Origin: Fonticula alba ATCC 38817
Taxonomy: Eukaryota > Protista > Nucleariida
Reading direction: 5' to 3' (one strand)
Length of the DNA stretch: 18,185 bases
NCBI GenBank assembly: GCA_000388065.2
Contig: KB932201.1
Made by a program: the position numbers and the translations under genes. The notes beneath the pieces are model-generated. The model was not told the origin of the DNA, did no database searches, and saw nothing but the letters and a program-made list of their open reading frames with translations. Shown here one piece after another: positions 8,193-17,372 of the stretch (the stretch's first letter is position 1; each line of letters begins with the position of its first letter).

Positions 8193-11119
8193 ATGTCCGA
8201 AGCCGTTGACGGCTCCCTGGTGGAGTCCCCCGCGGGTATGGGCATTCACTCCGCCGCCGCCGCCGCCGACAAGGCCGCCGAGGTCGACATCCAGCGCCGC
8301 AAGTCCAAATCTTCTCTGGCCCCGTCGAAGTCCAAGCGCCGCAGGCGATCCGTCCGCCGGCCGGTCGGTGCCGCAGCCGATGACGCCCCTCCGGTCGACA
8401 GCATCCCCCGCCCGGAGGATCTTGTCCAGTCGGTGGAGAGCGGCTCATCCATGACCGGTGCGCCCCCGCCATTACGCCCGCTTCCCCCCCCCCCTCCTCT
8501 CTCCCTGCCCCTCATATGTCGGTGTGAGACATTTACGTGCCCATGCGCGCATTCTAATCTCCCCCACCCCACCCCACCCCCAGGCACCACCTCCGACACA
8601 GAGTCCCAGGCACAGGACGCCAAGCGCGAGGCCCGGCGGCGGGCGCTGCTGGCCCAGCGCGAGGCCGATCCCGAAGCCTTCGATCGCAAGCAGGAGGAGC
8701 GCCGGCAGAAGATCGCCGCCATCCGCCTCGAGCGCGAAACCAATCCCGAAGCATACGAAGCCCGCAAGGCGGCCCACGCCCAGCGGAAGCTTGAGCGCGA
8801 AGAGCGCCGCCGTCAGCGCGAGGAGCTCCTTGCCAAGAAGCGCGCCCGCGATGCCCGTCGCGCCGAGAAGCTCGCCGATCCGGAGGGATACGAGGCACGC
8901 CGGCGTGAGCGCCACACCCGGCGGTCTTCGCGCGACAGCCAAACCCCCGGGTCCCCGGCCCTGTCGGCCTCCCTCAGTGAGGAGACCCTTCCCTCGGCCC
9001 GGCTCGGGGTCCATCCTTTCACCGACTCCGAGATGGCCACCTGCCCGGCAACCGCTGGCCCCCATGCCCCGGGCTCCGAGACCGGCCCGGACGCCGCGCC
9101 GCACCTCCCCTACGAGCCGGCCGTCATCCCGGACAACTTCATCCCCACGGCCGACATCCTGAGCCTGGCCAAGCCGGTCTCTCGAAGCCCCTCGGTCCAC
9201 AGCCAGGTGGCTGCCATCGGTGCGCACCCATGCCATCTCGACCGCCCCCCTTGCGAAGCTCCTCTCCTGCCTCTTTCCCTCCATCCCCCTTCTGGACCCT
9301 CCTCTTACCTGTGCCTGTGCTCCGTCTCTCTCTCTCTCCCTCCTTCCTCTTTCCTCCCCCGTGGGCCTTGTTCGGGGCAGATTCCCCCGTGAACGAGACC
9401 GACCCTGCCCTGCAGTCGGACCAACAACAGGCAGATGGATCGGAGTTCATTCAGGTTCCTGTCCGGCGGCGGCCGTCCTCTCGCCGGGCCTCGGTGTCGG
9501 TTTCTACCAGCGAGCCGGAGGGGGTGACCGCCCCTCCGCCAACCGAGCCACCACCCAGCCTGACGGAAGCCCGGCAGGCTGCCGGCGATGTGGTGGCCGC
9601 GGCCCTGCTAACCGCCATGGATGCCTCCTCGCCCCGGGGGTTGGGAGATGACCCGAATCATGATGGCCCGCAGACGCCCGATTCACCGTCACCCGTGCGC
9701 CCCCATCAGCCCGGGGGACCGCTGGTCCCGGGGGAGGAGACGGCCACCGGCATGGTCTCCCCCTCCTCCGGCCATGGTGGCCACCCGTCGCCCACGTCCC
9801 CCACCCTGCCGCCCCTTTTCTATGCGGAGGCTGGCGCCGCGACCGGGGGGCCAGCCGGCGGCGATGGCCTGGTCGATCCCAGCATCGACATGTATGCTCC
9901 CTCGCAGCCGGAGCAGCAGCCTCCCTTCCACGAGGCCACGGTCTCCGACACGGAGTCCATTGCGGTGGCCTTCACCGGGCGGCGGTCACGCTGGCGCCTG
10001 CGCGTCCGGTCCTTCTGGTCCTTCATGACCTGCACATCCCCGTCACATGGCGGGGGGGGCCATGAGATGGGCAACGTCCAGCAGCCGGCCCCGCAGCCCC
10101 CCCAGCACGATGGCATGGCCGGTCCTCATGATGCCGCCATGGCGCACGACCCGCACGCGGTCGCCGGTGGCATGCACCACCAACACCAGCACCAGTACTC
10201 GGGGTCACCGGCGTCAGTGGCTGGCGGGCCGCATGACCCTGCGGTCGCCGCCTTCCCCGGCCATCATCCGGCCCACATGTATGACCCTTCACACCACCAT
10301 CAGCAGCATCACGCGTACCACCAATCGCCGGCCGGCTTCCACCATGATGCGGCCGCGGGCCAGCATGGCAGCAGCCCAGCGGGGCCGGTGACCGTCGAGG
10401 CGGCTGAGGCTGCCCAGGCCGCCGAGTCGCATGCGCCCGCTGCCGCCGTCGCCGCCACTGCTACCACCACCGCCGCCGCTCAGGCCGCCGGTCCCGCTGG
10501 TGGTGCTGTCATCTCCCCGGCCAAGGGCACCCCGTCGCAGCCGGCCAAGGGGCCGGTTTCCGATTCGACCGGTGACCCCTCCATCCGGCGGAAGGGCAAG
10601 GGCGAGTCCATTCTCCGGCCACCCACCAACTTCAGTGCGTACTGCTGCCGCGCCGGTGGCTTTTTCGGGCGCCTCGCCTCATCACCTTGGCCATTTTGCC
10701 TGTTGTCTTTTTGCCAGCGCGCGCGCCCGGCTCGCGGCCGGGGGGGGAGGCCCCTGTTTTCCTCTAACGCCATGGCTGTTGCTTTTCCTTTGCTTGCTTG
10801 CTTGCTTGCTTGCTTCTCGATCCGCCCCGTTGAACACGATGGCGCGCACGCGCACACAGGCCATCGGCCCACGATGTCCACCTCGTCCGACGGGACGGGC
10901 GCGCCGACGATGCGGCCGGCCCCGCGCGTGCCTCTGGTCAAGTTCAACGAGGTGGTTGCCGTGCGGAGGACCTTCTCCGGGAGGGAATATGACCGCAAGG
11001 GTGACGTCACCTGGCGCCTGACCCACGAGCAGGCCATTCAGATTCGCGAGGAGCTCAACATCTTCAAGCGCGAGATGGAGATCCACGAGCTCAGCCGGCA
11101 GAACACTCACTTCTACTGA
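8193..11119 (+). CDS. PP1 regulatory subunit with a C-terminal Phactr/Bni4/Afr1-type domain; join(8193..8457,8584..9219,9381..10634,10860..11119), about 804 aa
   Basis: All three introns are GT-AG and phase-consistent (8458-8583, 9220-9380, 10635-10859; all phase 1; donors GTGCGC, GTGCGC, GTGCGT). The C-terminus LVKFNEVVAVRRTFSGREYDRKGDVTWRLTHEQAIQIREELNIFKREMEIHELSRQNTHFY* matches the recalled Phactr/Bni4 signature (RVxF-like motif, YDR, RLT, I..ELN.FK, EME.HE.SR, T.F). The start could extend upstream through an in-frame acceptor at 8159. Confidence 0.85.
10934..11116 (+). other. Phactr/Bni4-like PP1-docking domain
   Basis: Motif-by-motif match to the Phactr C-terminus as recalled (LIRF…VEV…DYDRR…W.RLT…IRKELNEFK..EMEVHELSR..TRF). 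No HMM search was run. Confidence 0.85.
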
Positions 11120-11661
11120 GGTGCTCTTTCTCCGTCTCTTTCGCGCCCTCCCCCGCGCTCCCCCCTGGGGCATTCCCTTCTCTCCCTTCCTTTCCCCGGG
11201 CGCCGGGGAGGGGGGAGGGTGAGGCTTGCAGCCTCCCTCCCTCCCGCAGACGCCGCGCCCCAACGACCAAGTATCACCATGTGTCCTGTGGGAGGAAGAT
11301 GGCACACCGCGCGCACGCGTGCGTGCGTGCGTGGGGAGCCCACATTGGTGCCACCACCATCTGCCTCTTGCCTGGCTTCCCGCCCGCCCCTTCTCTCCTG
11401 CCCCCCTCCCGCCTTTTGTGTGCCGTGTGGAGGGGGGCGGTGCAGGGAAAGAAACCCTCATCTACTGGCCGCCACCCTCCCTTCCCTCTTTAGATATGCC
11501 ACTATATCCCTGGCTGGCTAGCTGGCTGTGTGCGGTGGCCTGTGTGCATCCACCTCCCTCCTTCTCAAACTCCCTCCCCCCTCCCCAGGCACGCCGCGCG
11601 CACGCAGCCACAGAGAGTTCCCATTGGTCCTGTCGTCGACAATCGGGGTGAATCGTGCCGT

Positions 11662-11689
11662 CACGCGCGCGCGCGCACACACACACACA
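11662..11689. repeat. (CG)n(CA)n alternating tract between the convergent genes
   Basis: 28 nt of alternating purine-pyrimidine. Confidence 0.85.
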
Positions 11690-11821
11690 GACACAGACAC
11701 ACGTACCCCTCCAGTCCCTCCTGCTTCCTCCTCCCCCTTCTTCGACGTGCGTGCGCACGTACACATCGCGTGCTGCTGTCGCCCATCGCCTCGCGCGCGC
11801 CCCGTCCCGAGGTGTATCATC

Positions 11822-11827
11822 AATAAA
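11822..11827 (+). terminator. AATAAA candidate polyadenylation signal for the PP1-regulator gene
   Basis: The only AATAAA seen on + between the stop at 11119 and the LEO1 3' end; lies in a locally AT-richer patch. Confidence 0.4.
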
Positions 11828-11944
11828 CACCCTGTCCTTGTACACATGCAAATATGCTCATGCTTGCCACGCTTGTCGTCCTGTGCCCGCCCCCCTAATG
11901 GTAAAACCATCCCTCAACAGCAAGAAGCAAATAGAAGGTGTATG

Positions 11945-11950
11945 TTTATT
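11945..11950 (-). terminator. AATAAA candidate polyadenylation signal for LEO1
   Basis: TTTATT on + at 11945-11950, about 237 nt downstream of the LEO1 stop. Confidence 0.45.
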
Positions 11951-12186
11951 AAGGAGGGGGGAAGAAGCGAGGAGCCAGTCGCAACGGGAAGAGGGAACCT
12001 GCTCGTCTGGCCATCCCATGGAGGAGGGTGTGGGCGGCCCCATCGACGAAAGACGGCAAAAGGCCAACAAAAAAGACGCTCTCCCCTTCCCGCCTCTCCG
12101 GCGTTGGTGGCCGAGAGAGAGAGAGAGAGAGAGAAAGAGAAAGGGGAGGAGGGGCACCACGTCCGGGGGCAGAAAGGCCACCTTCT

Positions 12187-12651
12187 CTACCGGCGGGAGC
12201 GCTTCCTGGAGGAATGGGACGCGCTAGACCGCCGGCCGCCAGAACGCGAGTCCTCGTAGTCCACATCATCATCACTGTCCGAGGAGAAGCTGGCCTCATC
12301 GCTGGACTGGTCGGTCGAGAAGTCGTCCATCTCGTCCTCGGAGAAGTCACTCTCGCTGGAATCCGAGTGGTAACGGTCCCGGCGGCGCTTCCTCGAGGAA
12401 GAGGAGGAAGAGGCCTTCTTCTTCTTGGCGGCCACGGTCCTGGAGGAGGAGCCGGAGCGCCGGCGCTTGGCCGACCCACGAGAACCGTACCCCTCATCGT
12501 CGGAGGTGAAGTCGGCCGACTCGTCTTCCGAGTCAGTGGCAATAAAGCCATCCAGATCATCGTTGGCACGACGGCCAGAGCGTGCCCGGCCAGCACCCAC
12601 TGGCTTGCCCAAGAGAGCGGTTTCACGCGGCTGGCGTTGAGCGCGGGATTT
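12187..12651 (-). CDS. LEO1: LEO1 last exon (acidic Ser/Asp-rich and basic NLS-like C-terminal tail)
   Basis: Branch CACTAAC and acceptor AACAG ending at 12652, phase 0. Reads KSRAQRQPRE…DDLDGFIATDSEDE…KKKK…RKRSRR; stop TAG at 12187-12189. Confidence 0.75.
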   Translation of the reverse strand, partial: KSRAQRQPRETALLGKPVGAGRARSGRRANDDLDGFIATDSEDESADFTSDDEGYGSRGSAKRRRSGSSSRTVAAKKKKASSSSSSRKRRRDRYHSDSSESDFSEDEMDDFSTDQSSDEASFSSDSDDDVDYEDSRSGGRRSSASHSSRKRSRR

Positions 12652-12742
12652 CTGTTGTTCATTGTGTTAGTGACTATGAGCTCGGCTCCGGCGAGCATGC
12701 CCAGGCGTATTTGTCAAGACTTTAGGCATGTGCGGAATTGGC

Positions 12743-12903
12743 AGGGAAGGGGAGAGGGAGAGAGGAGAGGGAGAGAGGAGAGGGAGAGAGGAGAGGGAGA
12801 GGGAGAGAGAGGAGAGGGAGAGGGAGGAGAGAGAGGAGAGAGAGGAGAGAGAGGAGAGAGAGGAGAGGGAGAGAGAGGAGAGGAGGAGAAAGGGGAAAGG
12901 GAA
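12743..12903. repeat. 161-nt uninterrupted polypurine (GA-rich) tract inside LEO1 intron 12652-12942
   Basis: Only G and A on + over this span, with GAGAGAGGA-like units. Confidence 0.9.
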
Positions 12904-12942
12904 TAAAAGGAAGAAAGTAAAAAGGGGCACGGCTGTTCGGAC

Positions 12943-13536
12943 CTTGCTCGAGCGGCCTGATGCAGCCGGGGCGCTGTCAGACTGGGCGCTCAAAGAAAGC
13001 ACAGCCGAGGTCACCGTGATATCCGAAGGAACGTCCTTCTTCGGCAGGGAAAACATGGCCGGAGGAAGGGTCGGCATGCGAGTCGGGTTCATGGAGTAGT
13101 TGGTCGCCAGGGGGAAGGTAAAGAGGAAGGACTTGGGACCGGCCTTGGGACCGGGGGAAGCGGCCGGCGCAGGGGCAGGCGACCGGGTGTAAAGGTGCAT
13201 CTGCTCGGCGGTCAGCTTGCTCGGCGCCTCGAAGTACTGCTGGCCAATGAAGACGCCCTGGGTGCCGTCGTCCCAGCGGACGAAGCGGGCGTTGCTTTCC
13301 TTTCGACCAGACGCGCCATGCCGCCAACGAACTGTATTGGCCACCAGGGTCTTGGAGGTGGCGAAGTCCGGATTGATTGCCATGCCAATAACCGAGGTGC
13401 GGCTATTTTGCTCCTGAACCTCAGGCGCGGAGTCCGGCCCGGTCAGCACCCGGAACGGGGTCCCCATGTAAAACGCCTCGTTGTAGGGAGCCGGAGCGAA
13501 GTGCACCATCCGGGGAAGCTTCAGCAGGTGGTACCG
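12943..13536 (-). CDS. LEO1: LEO1 exon carrying the Leo1 domain (RNA polymerase II-associated PAF1 complex subunit)
   Basis: LLKLP…, NTVRWR…KESNARFVRWDDGTQGVFIGQQYFE…HLY match the Leo1 family signature (LKLP…NTIRWR…ESNAR.V.WSDGS..L.IG..YF…HL). Acceptor CGCAG ends at 13537 with a CTGAC branch upstream. The donor GTCCGA at 12942 is weak but phase-consistent. Confidence 0.88.
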
Positions 13537-13755
13537 CTGCGAATATCGAGATTGGGTCAGGGAGCAGCGGACAAGCGGATGAGATTCGGAAGACACGGTG
13601 TGGAGTGATACCGAACATAGACAGACAGGCAGACAGGCAGACAGGCGGAGACCCATGTTTGCCTATGGATGCGAGTCGTGCAACGGGGAGAGAGAGAGAG
13701 AGAGAAAGAGAGAAAGAGAGAAAGAGAGAAAGGTGCCAAAAAGAAACAAACATAC

Positions 13756-14529
13756 CGGGGCCACAGTCCCAGGCGGGCCCGTAAGGGTGGTATCCAACGA
13801 GGGCTTGCGCTCGGCAAGCTCCACGCGCAAGGCCGGCAGCGGGCGCGTGGCCGGCTGGGTCCGCTCGTAAGACAGGAGGCTGTCCTCGTCGTCAGACCCG
13901 CCGTCCATGTCATCTAGATCGGAAAGATCCGACCCGGAGGCAAAGGCGCCATGGCTGTGACGGCCGCTCCCATGTGAACGGCTGCTGTTGAGGTCATCAT
14001 CGTCATCGGCGCCGGAGAGCTCGGACTCGGAAAAGTCCTCCATGTCCAGGGAGATCTTCTTGGAAGAAGTCCTCTCGATGGAGGAGGCGCCGCGGTCCGA
14101 CCGCCGGCTCCGGCGCGAGTTGGAGATAAGCTCATCGTCGCTGTCGTCGATGGACACAGGAGCGGCGGCAGGGGCAGCTGCTTCATCGGAGTCGGACCGA
14201 GCTGTCGAGCGCGAATACGTCGACCGACTGGTGAACGAGGAATCCTCGTCGGAAGTGAAGTTGTCCGCCGGGGCAAAGACCCCACCTCCGTCATCGAAGC
14301 CGGACATTCCGTGGTCATCGCTGTTGTCGTGGTCGGCTTCGCGTGTCTCCCCACGGCTGTGCCCGCTGTCCGGCTCCTCGTCCAGGGGCTCCCGGCGCGA
14401 GGAGGACGACCGGCCAGACCGGCTCGAGGAGGAGGAGGAAGAGGAGGAAGAAGAGGGTTTGTCTGCGCTGCGCGAGGAGGAGGATCGACTGCTGCGGGAC
14501 GAGTAACCCGAGTCGGCCTCGACATCCGA
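13756..14529 (-). CDS. LEO1: LEO1 first exon, distal part (Ser/Asp/Arg-rich low-complexity N-terminal region); cut by an N gap
   Basis: Open frame SDVEADSGYSSRSS…PPGTVAP ends at a phase-0 GTATGT donor at 13755 that joins the Leo1-domain exon in frame. An acidic Ser/Asp N-terminus is typical of Leo1. Confidence 0.8.
14435..14529. repeat. 95-bp exact duplicate of 17456-17550
   Basis: Identical sequence at an offset of 3021; each copy ends at an N gap. Confidence 0.92.
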
Positions 14530-16149
14530 NNNNNNNNNNNNNNNNNNNNNNNNNNNNNNNNNNNNNNNNNNNNNNNNNNNNNNNNNNNNNNNNNNNNNNN
14601 NNNNNNNNNNNNNNNNNNNNNNNNNNNNNNNNNNNNNNNNNNNNNNNNNNNNNNNNNNNNNNNNNNNNNNNNNNNNNNNNNNNNNNNNNNNNNNNNNNNN
14701 NNNNNNNNNNNNNNNNNNNNNNNNNNNNNNNNNNNNNNNNNNNNNNNNNNNNNNNNNNNNNNNNNNNNNNNNNNNNNNNNNNNNNNNNNNNNNNNNNNNN
14801 NNNNNNNNNNNNNNNNNNNNNNNNNNNNNNNNNNNNNNNNNNNNNNNNNNNNNNNNNNNNNNNNNNNNNNNNNNNNNNNNNNNNNNNNNNNNNNNNNNNN
14901 NNNNNNNNNNNNNNNNNNNNNNNNNNNNNNNNNNNNNNNNNNNNNNNNNNNNNNNNNNNNNNNNNNNNNNNNNNNNNNNNNNNNNNNNNNNNNNNNNNNN
15001 NNNNNNNNNNNNNNNNNNNNNNNNNNNNNNNNNNNNNNNNNNNNNNNNNNNNNNNNNNNNNNNNNNNNNNNNNNNNNNNNNNNNNNNNNNNNNNNNNNNN
15101 NNNNNNNNNNNNNNNNNNNNNNNNNNNNNNNNNNNNNNNNNNNNNNNNNNNNNNNNNNNNNNNNNNNNNNNNNNNNNNNNNNNNNNNNNNNNNNNNNNNN
15201 NNNNNNNNNNNNNNNNNNNNNNNNNNNNNNNNNNNNNNNNNNNNNNNNNNNNNNNNNNNNNNNNNNNNNNNNNNNNNNNNNNNNNNNNNNGCCGCAAAAC
15301 AGGCAGAAGGGTCGGGAGGGGGAGAAGGGGGAGGCAGGGAAGACTGCGGGCTAGGGGAGGGAGAACGGGAGAACGGGGCGGGAGCAGAGCGGGAGGGGTG
15401 GGGAGTCCCGACGATGGACCAATCGCCGCTGACGACGTTCTAGGTGGACAAGATTTTAAACGGGCTTTCCATGCCTCCGCCCCCGGTTGCGGGGCTAACA
15501 GGGGAGAGAGGCGCGGGAGGCGGCGCGACACACCGCGGACGGAGGCACCCGTGCACGGAGAGCCTTAGACAGTGGGAAGCGAAGCCGCCCAAACGAAGAG
15601 GGGGCATATGCCAACTTTTTGGCCCTCTAACGGCTGCTCCAAGCGTTGGTACTATTTGAATCTGGGTCGCCGGAACGGATGCCCGGCCGTTCGCGCCTCC
15701 TCGGCCCATGGGGCGATGCCGGGTGACCAAGGGAAGGTGTGGTCGCCCCCATCCACCCCCGGGGCATGTTGCCGGCACGTGCAATCCCAGAGGAAGGGAG
15801 CCGCAGGCACTCTGTGAGGCGCTCTGGTTCTGCACAGATGGGGCGGAACAGCGGGGGCAGGGGGTGGACCTCGGGGCCCGGTTCTCGAGCAGATCGCGTT
15901 AGATCCCTCCCACCAAAGACGTCGGAATCACCCGGTGAGAGGCCGACCGAGAGGCCACGCGCCGCTGTGGACTATCCCCCGGCAACACCGGCCCTCAATG
16001 ATGGGATGTTAAGGGCCACTTGTAACTGGATCGGGCCGTGGGCCGGTGGCCCTGTCTCCATACTCTCGCCTGCTCGCACAACTTCGCACATACACTCATC
16101 CGCGCGCTGCAGCCACAACCGCGCGCCTGTGTTCCCCACTGACGTCGCC

Positions 16150-17372
16150 ATGACGGACTCGCACCAGCCGCCGGCCGGAGACGCGCCCTCGGCCGCGGAG
16201 CTTGGCGAATCGCTCAAGCGCGCGGGCCAGCTGTTTGGGCCGACTCTTGCCTCGGCGGCCGCGGCCAAGCGCCCCCGGCCGGTGCCACCCCTGGACTCGG
16301 CCTCGGATCTGGCGGCCGCGGTCCGGAGCCCCTTCGCCCTGGGGATCACCTCAGTTCGATCGGCAGCCAGCTGTCTGACGGTGGGCCCAGCCACACCGGC
16401 CATTCTAAGGCCGGCGGCCCCGGGCCTGGCTGACTCCCGCGAAGCCCCTCGGACGGACCACCCCGCACCTACGGACTCTCCACTGACGGATGGCTCCCCG
16501 CCGCTCTTCGACATTGGGGCCCCGGGCCTCGGGACACCAGCCAGCCCCTCGACGGGCTTCGACTCGCCGACCACGCTTGCCGTGGCTCTGGTCGCCGATC
16601 CTTCCACCCCGGCCCCGGGCCCAGCTCCTGCCTTGGGCCGATCTGAGTCCATGTCCATCGGCCAGGGAGAGAGCTCGACACCGGCCACGGCCAGTGCGGC
16701 ATCACTCGCCGAGTTGGTGGTTCCACCTCCGGGACGGGATGGCCGGACGGCCACGACTCCCGATGAACTGGTCCCCTGCCAGCAGCCGATCGCCTCCTTT
16801 CACACCCGCCCGCGCGTGCCGATCTTGCTATCGGGGCTGATGCTGCAATCGTCGCATCCCTTTGATTCGGCCCTCTTCGGGCCGCGGGGCCCGCTGACAG
16901 CCGGCAGCGCTGCCCGGACACACTACTTCTCTCTGGCAGAGTCACCTGCGGTGCGCGCGTGTCCCTGTCTCTCCCCCATGCCCATGCATCCCGGGGGGGG
17001 CTTTTCTCCCCTTCCGTGCCGCCGTTTTCTCACTCTTCTGGTCATCTTGCGCGCTTGATGGGTCGAAAAAAAAAAACAATGCGAGCCAGACGCCACTGGA
17101 GAAGATGATCAAGGCCCTGGCGTATTGGGCAATTCCGGGGCTGGAGCTCCTCCCCCCGAGCTTGGTTCCTCGGCTGGTCGAACTTTTGGAGCGGTCCTCC
17201 GCCACGGGTGCCGGCTCTTCACAAAGTGGTCTCCTTTCCTCGCCCTCGGGGGGGAACCTTGCATCCATGGCGGCGCGCGGGATTTCCTCGGCCGGGGGAG
17301 ATGGGTTTTCCTTGGTCGCGGCTGCGCGATCCCTGCCCTCTCGCGATCGGGAGGATCTGTCCTTCTACATGA
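16150..17372 (+). CDS. 5'-part of a hypothetical protein (Ser/Thr/Pro/Ala-rich region, then a possible degenerate BRCT domain); join(16150..16950,17090..17372), 3'-truncated
   Basis: GCCATG start at 16150. A phase-0 GTGCGC donor at 16951 and a CCAG acceptor ending at 17089 join the frames of ORFs 15739..17058 and 17105..17407. The next donor is GTAAGC at 17373, followed by (CA)13 and a gap. Confidence 0.65.

Noticed and set aside
6199-8249. ORFs spanning the 460-N gap (6199..8016, 6699..9392, 6895..7818, 7014..8249, 7208..7840)
   Set aside because: Their continuity depends on Ns. Only the part of 6699..9392 from 8193 onward is supported.
8400-8435. IPRPEDLVQ as an RPEL motif
   Set aside because: The spacing does not fit RPxxxEL, and the flanking L..KL and IL residues are missing.
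11120-12186. Functional link between LEO1 and the neighbouring PP1 regulator as a gene system
   Set aside because: Adjacency of eukaryotic genes does not imply shared function. The PP1 adaptors known to act on transcription (PNUTS type) are a different family.
12728-13099. EREER-repeat ORF on +
   Set aside because: It is a translation of the intronic GA tract, antisense to LEO1.
13988-14506. Antisense Ser/Glu-rich ORF, and similar shadows at 8246..8767, 8472..9284 and 15972..16754
   Set aside because: These are expected antisense open frames of GC-rich coding exons with TCG/TCC/GAC codon use.
13663-15531. ORFs spanning the 761-N gap (13663..15531, 14311..15354, 14343..15443)
   Set aside because: The gap joins unrelated contigs. 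Only 13756-14529 is a supported LEO1 exon segment.
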